From the NCBI GenBank assembly GCA_040954595.2, contig CM082592.2, forward strand, positions 558,001 through 622,000: DNA of 64,000 nt, given 5' to 3'. A model generated the notes under the pieces. That model was not told where the DNA came from and made no database searches. It was given only the letters and a program-made list of their open reading frames with translations. A program made the position numbers and the translations under genes. The stretch comes from Balanoglossus misakiensis. Taxonomy: Eukaryota; Animalia; Hemichordata. Below, one piece after another: positions 52,228-64,000 of this stretch (its first letter is position 1; every line of letters starts with the position of its first letter).

Positions 52228-55200
52228 ATTTGGTCAAAATTGTAAATTTTTGAAAATTACAAAAAATACCTGTTTTCTACATTTTCGGAAATCTGATGGA
52301 GTATAGAATGCTCTTCGTGTGTATATATCGATACAAATTCCACAAAAGACCGTCTAATTTGGCTCACTGCAGACAAAATTGCGTTTTACCAAATTTTCCT
52401 TGAAAATGTCATTTTTAGAAGAAAAAAAAATAAAAAAACCTTTGTTTTTCGAATTTGGTGCCCTGATCATATATGACATGTTGATTGTATGTTAAAACTT
52501 TCGACCACTCCAAAAATGCAGATATATTGACGGAATTCAAGAAAAAATAGCCATTTTGGCCATATTTTGACAAAAATGGTAAATTTTTAAAAAATCATAA
52601 AAAATAACTCTTTTCTTCATTTTCCGAAATATTATGGAGCATGAAGTGTCGTTCTTTTGTAAAAAGTGCTGCAAATTCCAGAAAAGGTGGTATAATTTGA
52701 ATCACCCAAGACAAAATTACGACTTTTTTTCGAAAAATTGTCTTTTTTACAAAATAAATAAGAATAAATTCTTTTCTTAGTTTGAAACGGGTAGAGATAC
52801 TTTCCACACGGGTTTTCTAACATTGAATTCCCGTTCATCAACTCAGATTTCCTACAGCATAAGTCGGCTAAAACCCTGACACTCTAGAGCAGAAACAGTT
52901 GCACACTGAAAACGTTGAACACGTCGATTTTTCTACGGCCTGGCTCCGCTAAATGTCCGTCACAATATGACAGACACTAGCGTACGTTAGCAACGGTGAT
53001 CAAGTCAGATTTTCTACGGCATGGCTTGGATGAAGCCCCGGCACTCTAGAGCAGAAAAACGCGTACAGAGACCACGTTGATCAAGTCTGATCTCCTACGG
53101 CTTGGCTCGACTGAAACCCCGGCACACTATGACAGACACTAGCGTTCGTTATCAACGTTGATTAAGTCAGATTTCCTACGGCATGGCTTGGCCCTGGCAC
53201 TCTAGAGCAGAAACACGCGTACAGAGACCACGTTGATCTACTCACATTTCCTTCGGCCTGGCACGGCTGATGCCCCGGCACTATATATAGGACACAGACT
53301 GGCGTAAGTTAACAACGGTAATCACGTCGGGTTTCCTACGGCCTGGCTCAGCTGAAGCCCCCGGCGGCACTCTAGAGCAGAAACAGGCGTACATTGACCA
53401 CGTTGATCAAGTCAGATTTCCTACGGCGTGACTCGGCTGGTGCACCGGCTCTATATGACACAGACTGGCGTAAGTTATCAATGGTGATTACGTCGGATTT
53501 CCTACGGCCTGGTTTAGCTGAAGCCCCGGCACTTTAGAGCGGAAACACGCGTACATTGACCACGATGATCAAGTCAGATCTCCTACGGCCTGGCTCGACT
53601 AAAACCCCGGCACACCATGACAGACACTAGCGTTCGTTAGCAACGGTGATCAAGTCGGATTTCCTTCGGCCTGGCTCTGCAAAAGACCCGACACTCTAGT
53701 ACAAAGACGTTGGCTAAGTCGGGCAAACCGAAGAGGGAAAGTCACAGCGGGTCAACACTCGACATTTGTTCGGGTAGGACTGCATTATTGCCTGTCAATT
53801 TATAGAGAAAGCCCGAATTTAACCAGGGCGCTTCAAACACCGACGTTAGTTGGGGGCACGGCCTGCAGTACTGCCGGGTAAGCTCACATCGGCGTACCGC
53901 ATATAATGTAGGGGGGGGGGGGGGGGAACAGAACGGTTCAATACTACATTTATTAGATATCAGCTAATTTTGGACAATCATCTAAAATCTAAATAATTTT
54001 TTCATATTTGGATATCTGATGATGTATGAAATTTCCATTATATGTAAAAATGGTGCTGATTATAAAAAATGCACTCTGAATGAGCTGATTTAATACAATG
54101 CGTTTTATTCGTTTTTGCACCAAAAAGGTCATTTTTAGGCAAAACATTCTTTATTATTTTAATTCGGTGACCTGATCATATATAAACAATTGCTTGTATG
54201 TTAAAAGTTTTCATGACTTTTAAAAGCAGTGACACTGGCGGCATTCAACACGAAAATAACAATTTTAGCCACAATTTGGTCAAAATGGTAAATTTTTGAA
54301 AATTACAAAAATACCTGTTTTCTACATTTTCGGAAATCTGATGGAGTATAGAATGCTCTTCGTATATATATATCGATACAAATTCCACAAAAAACGGCCA
54401 ATTTGGCTCACTGCAGATAAAATTGCGTTTTACCAAATTTTCCTTGAAAATGTCATTTTTAGAAAAAAAAATAAAAAAAACCTTTGTTCTTCGAATTTGG
54501 TGCCCTGATCATATATGACATGTTGATTGTATGTTAAAACTTTCGACCACTCCAAAAATGCAGAGATATTGACGGAATTCAAGAAAAAATAGCCATTTTG
54601 GCCATATTTTGACAAAAATGGTAAATTTTTAAAAAATCATAAAAAAATAACTCTTTTCTTCATTTTCGGAAATATTATGGAGCATGATGTGTCGTTCTCT
54701 TGTAAAAAATGCTGCAAATTCCAGAAAAGGCGGTATAATTTGAATCACCCAAGACAAAATTACCATTTTCGACTTTTTTTCGAAAAATTGTCTTTTTTAC
54801 AAAAAAATAAGAATAAATTCTTTTCTTAGTTTCAAACGGGTAGAGATACTTTCCACACGGGTTTTCTAACATTGAATTCACGTTCATCAACTCAGATTTC
54901 CTACAGCATAAGTCGGCTAAAACCCTGACACTCTAGAGCAGAAACAGTTGCACACTGGTAACGTTGAACAAGTCGATTTTTCTACGGCCTGGCTCGGCTA
55001 AATCTCCGTCACAATATGACAGACACTAGCGTACGTTAGCAACGGTGATCAAGTCAGATTTTCTACGGCATGGCTTGGATAAAGCCCGGCACTCTAGAGC
55101 AGAAACACGCGTACAGAGACCACGTTGATCAAGTCTGATCTCCTACGGCTTGGCTCGACTAAAACCCCGGCACACTATGACAGACACTAGCGTTCGTTAG

Positions 55201-58200
55201 CAACGTTGATCAAGTCAGATTTCCTACGGCATGGCTTGGCTAAAGTCCTGGCACTCTAGAGCAGAAACAGGCGTACAGAGACCACGTTGATCTACTCACA
55301 TTTCCCTCGGCCTGGCACGGCTGATGCCCCGGCACTATATATAGGACACAGACTGGCGTAAGTTAACAACGGTAATCACGTCGGGTTTCATACGGCCTGG
55401 CTCAGCTGAAGCCCCGGCACTCTAGAGCAGAAACAGGCGTACATTGACCACGTTGATCAAGTCAGATTTCCTACGGCGTGACTCGGCTGGTGCACCGGCT
55501 CTATATGACACAGACTGGCGTAAGTTATCAACAGTGATTACGTCGGATTTCCTACGGCCTGTTTAGCTGAAGCCCCGGCACTTTAGAGCGGAAACACGCG
55601 TACATTGACCACGATGATCAAGTCAGATCTCCTACGGCCTGGCTCGACTAAAACCCCGACACACCATGACAGACACTAGCGTTCGTTAGCAACGGTGATC
55701 AAGTCGGATTTCCTTCGGCCTGGCTCTGCAAAAGACCCGACACTCTAGTACAAAGACGTTGGCTAAGTCGGGCAAACCGAAGAGGGAAAGTCACAGCGGT
55801 TCAACACTTGACATTTGTTCGGGTAGGACTGCATTATTGCCTGTCAATTTATAGCTGAGAAAGCCCGAAATTAACCAGGGCGTTTCAAACACCGACGTTA
55901 GTTGGGGGCACGGCCTGCAGTACTGCCGGGTAAGCTGACATCGGCGTACCGCATATAATGTAGGGGGGGGGGGAACACGCGTACATTGACCACGATGATC
56001 AAGTCAGATCTCCTACGGCCTGGCTCGACTAAAACCCCGGCACACCATGACAGACACTAGCGTTCGTTAGCAACGGTGATCAAGTCGGATTTCCTTCGGC
56101 CTGGCTCTGCAAAAGACCCGACACTCTAGTACAAAGACGTTGGCTAAGTCGGGCAAACCGAAGAGGGAAAGTCACAGCGGGTCAACACTCGACATTTGTT
56201 CGGGTAAGACTGCATTATTGCCTGTCAATTTATAGAGAAAGCCCGAATTTAACCAGGGCGCTTCAAACACCGACGTTAGTTGGGGGCACGGCCTGCAGTA
56301 CTGCCGGGTAAGCTCACATCGGCGTACCGCATATAATGTAAGGGGGGGGGGGGAACAGAACGGTTCAATACTACATTTATTAGATATCAGCTAATTTTGG
56401 ACAATCATCTAAAATCTAAATCATTTTTTCATATTTGGATATCTGATGATGTATGAAATTTCCATTATTTGTAAACATGGTGCTGATTATAAAAAATGCA
56501 CTCTGAATGAGCTGATTTAATACAAAATTGCGTTTTATTCGTTTTTGCACCAAAAAGGTCATTTTTAGGCAAAACATTCTTTATTTTATTAATTCGGTGA
56601 CCTGATCATATATAAACAATTGCTTGTATGTTAAAAGTTTTTATGACTTTTAAAAGCAATGACACTGGCGGCATTCAACACGAAAATAACAATTTTAGCC
56701 ACAATTTGGTCAAAATGGTAAATTTTTGAAAATTACAAAAAATACCTGTTTTCTACATTTTCGGAAATCTGATGGAGTATAGAATGCTCTTCGTATATAT
56801 ATATCGATACAAATTCCACAAAAAACGGCCAATTTGGCTCACTGCAGATAAAATTGCGTTTTACCAAATTTTCCTTGAAAATGTCATTTTTAGAAAAAAA
56901 AATAAAAAAACCTTTGTTCTTCGAATTTGGTGCCCTGATCATATATGACATGTTGATTGTATGTTAAAACTTTCGACCACTCCAAAAATGCAGAGATATT
57001 GACGGAATTCAAGAAAAAATAGCCATTTTGGCCATATTTTGACAAAAATGGTAAATTTTTAAAAAATCATAAAAAAATAACTCTTTTCTTCATTTTCGGA
57101 AATATTATGGAGCATGATGTGTCGTTCTCTTGTAAAAAATGCTGCAAATTCCAGAAAAGGCGGTATAATTTGAATCACCCAAGACAAAATTACCATTTTC
57201 GACTTTTTTTCGAAAAATTGTCTTTTTTACCAAAAAATAAGAATAAATTCTTTTCTTAGTTTCAAACGGGTAGAGATACTTTCCACACGGGTTTTCTAAC
57301 ATTGAATTCACGTTCATCAACTCAGATTTCCTACAGCATAAGTCGGCTAAAACCCTGACACTCTAGAGCAGAAACAGTTGCACACTGGTAACGTTGAACA
57401 AGTCGATTTTTCTACGGCCTGGCTCGGCTAAATCTCCGTCACAATATGACAGACACTAGCGTACGTTAGCAACGGTGATCAAGTCAGATTTTCTACGGCA
57501 TGGCTTGGATAAAGCCCGGCACTCTAGAGCAGAAACACGCGTACAGAGACCACGTTGATCAAGTCTGATCTCCTACGGCTTGGCTCGACTAAAACCCCGG
57601 CACACTATGACAGACACTAGCGTTCGTTAGCAACGTTGATCAAGTCAGATTTCCTACGGCATGGCTTGGCTAAAGTCCTGGCACTCTAGAGCAGAAACAC
57701 GCGTACAGAGACCACGTTGATCTACTCACATTTCCTTCGGCCTGGCACGGCTGATGCCCCGGCACTATATATAGGACACAGACTGGCGTAAGTTAACAAC
57801 GGTAATCACGTCGGGTTTCCTACGGCCTGGCTCAGCTGAAGCCCCGGCACTCTAGAGCAGAAACAGGCGTACATTGACCACGTTGATCAAGTCAGATTTC
57901 CTACGGCGTGACTCGGCTGGTGCACCGGCTCTATATGACACAGACTGGCGTAAGTTATCAACAGTGATTACGTCGGATTTCCTACGGCCTGTTTAGCTGA
58001 AGCCCCGGCACTTTAGAGCGGAAACACGCGTACATTGACCACGATGATCAAGTCAGATCTCCTACGGCCTGGCTCGACTAAAACCCCGGCACACCATGAC
58101 AGACACTAGCGTTCGTTAGCAACGGTGATCAAGTCGGATTTCCTTCGGCCTGGCTCTGCAAAAGACCCGACACTCTAGTACAAAGACGTTGGCTAAGTCG

Positions 58201-61200
58201 GGCAAACCGAAGAGGTTTGTTCTTCGAATTTGGTGCCCTGATCATATATGACATGTTGATTGTATGTTAAGACTTTCGACCACTCCAAAAATGCAGAGAT
58301 ATTGACGGAATTCAAGAAAAAATAGCCATTTTGGCCATATTTTGACAAAAATGGTAAATTTTTAAAAAATCATAAAAAATTAACTCTTTTCTTATTTTTT
58401 CGGAAATATTATGGAGCATGAAGTGTCGTTCTCTTGTAAAAAGTGCTGCAAATTCCAGAAAAGGCGGTATAATTTAAATCACCCAAGACAAAATTACCAT
58501 TTTCGACTTGTTTTCGAAAAATTGTCTTTTTTACAAAATAAATAAGAATAAATTCTTTTCTTAGTTTCAAACGGGTAGAGATACTTTCCACACGGGTTTT
58601 CTAACATTGAATTCCCATTCATCAACTCAGATTTCCTACAGCATAAGTCGGCTAAAACCCTGACACTCTAGAGCAGAAACAGTTGCACACTGGTAACGTT
58701 GAACATGTCGATTTTTCTACGGCCTGGCTCTGCTAAATCACCGTCACAATATGACAGACACTAGCGTACGTTAGCAACGGTGATCAAGTCAGATTTTCTA
58801 CGGCATGGCTTGGATAAAGCCCCGGCACTCTAGAGCAGAAACACGCGTACAGAGACCACGTTGATCAAGTCTGATCTCCTACGGCTTGGCTCGACTAAAA
58901 CCATGGCACACTATGACAGACACTAGCGTTCGTTAGCAACGTTGATCAAGTCAGATTTCCTACGGCATGGCTTGGCTAAAGCCCTGGCACTCTAGAGCAG
59001 AAACACGCGTACAGAGACCACGTTGATCTACTCACATTTCCTTCGGCCTGGCACGGCTGATGCCCCGGCACTATATATAGGACACAGACTGGCGTAAGTT
59101 AACAACGGTAATCACGTCGGGTTTCCTACGGCCTGGCTCAGCTGAAGCCCCGGCACTCTAGAGCAGAAACAGGCGTACATTGACCACGTTGATCAAGTCA
59201 GATTTCCTGCGGCGTGACTCGGCTGGTGCACCGGCTCTATATGACACAGACTGGCGCAAGTTATCAACGGTGATTACGTCGGATTTCCTACGGCCTGGTT
59301 TACCTGAAGCCCCGGTACTTTAGAGCGGAAACACGCGTACATTGACCACGATGATCAAGTCAGATCTCCTACGGCCTGGCTCGACTAAAACCCCGGCACA
59401 CCATGATAGACACTAGCGTTCGTTAGCAACGGTGATCAAGTCGGATTTCCTTCGGCCTGGCTCTGCAAAAGACCCGACACTATAGTACAAAGACGTTGGC
59501 TAAGTCGGGCAAACCGAAGAGGGAAAGTCACAGCGGTTTAACACTTGACATTTGTTCGGGTAGGACTGCATTATTGCCTGTCAATTTATAGAGAAAGCCC
59601 GAATTTAACCAGGGCGTTTCAAACACCAACGTTAGTTGGGGGCACGGCCTGCAGTACTGCCGGGTAAGCTGACATCGGCGTACCGCATATAATGTGGGGG
59701 GGGGGGACAGAACGGTTCAATACTACATTTATTAGATATCAGCTAATTTTGGACAATCATCTAAAATCTAAATCATTTTTTTATATTTGGATATCTGATG
59801 ATGTATGAAATTTCCATTACATGTAAAAATGGTGCTGATTATAAAAAATGCACTCTGAATGAGCTGATTTAATACAAAATTGCGTTTTATTCGTTTTTGC
59901 ACCAAAAAGGTCATTTTTAGGCAAAACATTCTTTATTTTATTAATTCGGTGACCTGATCATATATAAACAATTGCTTGTATGTTAAAAGTTTTTATGACT
60001 TTTAAAAGCAATGACACTGGCGGCATTCAACACGAAAATAACAATTTTAGCCACAATTTGGTCAAAATGGTAAATTTTTGAAAATTACAAAAAATACCTG
60101 TTTTCTACATTTTCGGAAATCTGATGGAGTATAGAATGCTCTTCGTATATATATATCGATACAAATTCCACAAAAAACGGCCAATTTGGCTCACTGCAGA
60201 TAAAATTGCGTTTTACCAAATTTTCCTTGAAAATGTCATTTTTAGAAAAAAAAATAAAAAAACCTTTGTTCTTCGAATTTGGTGCCCTGATCATATATGA
60301 CATGTTGATTGTATGTTAAAACTTTCGACCACTCCAAAAATGCAGAGATATTGACGGAATTCAAGAAAAAATAGCCATTTTGGCCATATTTTGACAAAAA
60401 TGGTAAATTTTTAAAAAATCATAAAAAAATAACTCTTTTCTTCATTTTCGGAAATATTATGGAGCATGATGTGTCGTTCTCTTGTAAAAAATGCTGCAAA
60501 TTCCAGAAAAGGCGGTATAATTTGAATCACCCAAGACAAAATTACCATTTTCGACTTTTTTTCGAAAAATTGTCTTTTTTACCAAAAAATAAGAATAAAT
60601 TCTTTTCTTAGTTTCAAACGGGTAGAGATACTTTCCACACGGGTTTTCTAACATTGAATTCACGTTCATCAACTCAGATTTCCTACAGCATAAGTCGGCT
60701 AAAACCCTGACACTCTAGAGCAGAAACAGTTGCACACTGGTAACGTTGAACAAGTCGATTTTTCTACGGCCTGGCTCGACTAAAACCCCGGCACACTATG
60801 ACAGACACTAGCGTTCGTTAGCAACGTTGATCAAGTCAGATTTCCTACGGCATGGCTTGGCTAAAGTCCTGGCACTCTAGAGCAGAAACACGCGTACAGA
60901 GACCACGTTGATCTACTCACATTTCCTTCGGCCTGGCACGGCTGATGCCCCGGCACTATATATAGGACACAGACTGGCGTAAGTTAACAACGGTAATCAC
61001 GTCGGGTTTCCTACGGCCTGGCTCAGCTGAAGCCCCGGCACTCTAGAGCAGAAACAGGCGTACATTGACCACGTTGATCAAGTCAGATTTCCTACGGCGT
61101 GACTCGGCTGGTGCACCGGCTCTATATGACACAGACTGGCGTAAGTTATCAACAGTGATTACGTCGGATTTCCTACGGCCTGTTTAGCTGAAGCCCCGGC

Positions 61201-64000
61201 ACTTTAGAGCGGAAACACGCGTACATTGACCACGATGATCAAGTCAGATCTCCTACGGCCTGGCTCGACTAAAACCCCGGCACACCATGACAGACACTAG
61301 CGTTCGTTAGCAACGGTGATCAAGTCGGATTTCCTTCGGCCTGGCTCTGCAAAAGACCCGACACTCTAGTACAAAGACGTTGGCTAAGTCGGGCAAACCG
61401 AAGAGGTTTGTTCTTCGAATTTGGTGCCCTGATCATATATGACATGTTGATTGTATGTTAAGACTTTCGACCACTCCAAAAATGCAGAGATATTGACGGA
61501 ATTCAAGAAAAAATAGCCATTTTGGCCATATTTTGACAAAAATGGTAAATTTTTAAAAAATCATAAAAAATTAACTCTTTTCTTATTTTTTCGGAAATAT
61601 TATGGAGCATGAAGTGTCGTTCTCTTGTAAAAAGTGCTGCAAATTCCGGAAAAGGCGGTATAATTTGAATCACCCAAGACAAAATTACCATTTTCGACTT
61701 GTTTTCGAAAAATTGTCTTTTTTACAAAATAAATAAGAATAAATTCTTTTCTTAGTTTCAAACGGGTAGAGATACTTTCCACACGGGTTTTCTAACATTG
61801 AATTCCCGTTCATCAACTCAGATTTCCTACAGCATAAGTCGGCTAAAACCCTGACACTCTAGAGCAGAAACAGTTGCACACTGGTAACGTTGAACAAGTC
61901 GATTTTTCTACGGCCTGGCTCTGCTAAATCACCGTCACAATATGACAGACACTAGCGTACGTTAGCAACGGTGATCAAGTCAGATTTTCTACGGCATGGC
62001 TTGGATAAAGCCCCGGCACTCTAGAGCAGAAACACGCGTACAGAGACCACGTTGATCAAGTCTGATCTCCTACGGCTTGGCTCGACTAAAACCATGGCAC
62101 ACTATGACAGACACTAGCGTTCGTTAGCAACGTTGATCAAGTCAGATTTCCTACGGCATGGCTTGGCTAAAGCCCTGGCACTCTAGAGCAGAAACACGCG
62201 TACAGAGACCACGTTGATCTACTCACATTTCCTTCGGCCTGGCACGGCTGATGCCCCGGCACTATATATAGGACACAGACTGGCGTAAGTTAACAACGGT
62301 AATCACGTCGGGTTTCCTACGGCCTGGCTCAGCTGAAGCCCCGGCACTCTAGAGCAGAAACAGGCGTACATTGACCACGTTGATCAAGTCAGATTTCCTG
62401 CGGCGTGACTCGGCTGGTGCACCGGCTCTATATGACACAGACTGGCGCAAGTTATCAACGGTGATTACGTCGGATTTCCTACGGCCTGGTTTAGCTGAAG
62501 CCCCGGCACTTTAGAGCGGAAACACGCGTACATTGACCACGATGATCAAGTCAGATCTCCTACGGCCTGGCTCGACTAAAACCCCGGCACACCATGACAG
62601 ACACTAGCGTTCGTTAGCAACGGTGATCAAGTCGGATTTCCTTCGGCCTGGCTCTGCAAAAGACCCGACACTCTAGTACAAAGACGTTGGCTAAGTCGGG
62701 CAAACCGAACAGGGAAAGTCACAGCGGTTCAACACTTGACATTTGTTCCGGTAGGACTGCATTATTGCCTGTCAATTTATAGAGAAAGCCCGAATTTAAC
62801 CAGGGCGTTTCAAACACCGACGTTAGTTGGGGGCACGGCCTGCAGTACTGCCGGGTAAGCTGACATCGGCGTACCGCATATAATGTAGGGGGGGGGGGAC
62901 AGAACGGTTCAATACTACATTTATTAGATATCAGCTAATTTTGGACAATCATCTAAAATCTAAATCATTTTTTCATATTTGGATATCTGATGATGTATGA
63001 AATTTCCATTACATGTAAAAATGGTGCTGATTATAAAAAATGCATTCTGATTTAATACAAAATTGCGTTTTATTCGTTTTTACACCAAAAAGGTCATTTT
63101 TAGGCAAAACATTCTTTATTTTTTTAATTCGGTGACCTGATCATATATAAACAATTGCTTGTATGTTAAAAGTTTTTATGACTTTTAAAAGCAGTGACAC
63201 TGGCGGCATTCAACACGAAAATAACAATTTTAGCCACAATTTGGTCAAAATGGTAAATTTTTGAAAATTACAAAAAAATACCTGTTTTCTACATTTTCGG
63301 AAATCTGATGGAGTATAGAATGCTCTTCGTATGTATATATCGATACAAATTCCACAAAAGACCGTCTAATTTGGCTCACTGCAGACAAAATGCGTTTTAC
63401 CAAATTTTCCTTGAAAATGTCATTTTTAGAAGAAAAAAAAATAAAAAAACCTTTGTTCTTCGAATTTGGTGCCCTGATCATATATGACATGTTGATTGTA
63501 TGTTAAAACTTTCGACCACTCCAAAAATGCAGATATATTGACGGAATTCAAGAAAAAATAGCCATTTTGGCCATATTTTGACTAAAATGGTAAATTTTTA
63601 AAAAATCTTAAAAAAATAACTCTTTTCTTCATTTTCCGAAATATTATGGAGCATGAAGTGTCGTTCTCTTGTAAGAAGTGCAGCAAATTCCAGAAAAGGC
63701 GGTATAATTTGAATCACCCAAGACAAAATTACCATTTTCGACTTTTTTTCGAAAAATTGTCTTTTTTACAAAATAAATAAGAATAAATTCTTTTCTTAGT
63801 TTCAAACGGGTAGAGATACTTTCCACAAGGGTTTTCTAACATTGAATTCCCGTTCATCAACTCAGATTTCCTACAGCATAAGTCGGCTAAAATCCTGACA
63901 CTCTAGAGCAGAAACAGTTGCACACTGGTAACGTTGAACAAGTCGATTTTTCTATGGCCTGGCTCGGCTAAATCTACGTCACAATATGACAGACACTAGC
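52228..64000 (-). repeat. Composite macrosatellite array, segment 4 (- orientation, rearranged units)
   Basis: Markers at 52807, ~54856, ~57286, 58591, ~60638, 61782, 63826. Confidence 0.97.

Overview
Eukaryotic (most likely invertebrate animal) heterochromatin with no host protein-coding genes. About 77% of the window is a tandem array of a composite ~2.05-kb macrosatellite. Each unit has an AT-rich block of about three diverged ~330-337-bp subrepeats, a poly-C tract, a ~220-bp spacer, and a CpG-rich block of about 11 81-bp monomers alternating as an A/B 162-bp dimer. The array reads + up to 38547 and - from 46294. The switch is a giant fold-back palindrome centred inside an internally deleted BEL/Pao LTR retrotransposon: 3044-bp element arms, a ~660-bp protease spacer, and mirror symmetry continuing several kb into the satellite. 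An exact 1000-bp tandem duplication spans the fold point. Other insertions are a full-length degenerate L1/Tx1-clade LINE (7633-13232, 13-bp TSD) carrying a nested antisense L2-like 3' fragment, and a 3' fragment of a second BEL/Pao family (50795-52227). The recurrent ~60-aa ORFs are satellite artefacts. All family assignments are by motif recognition, not database search.
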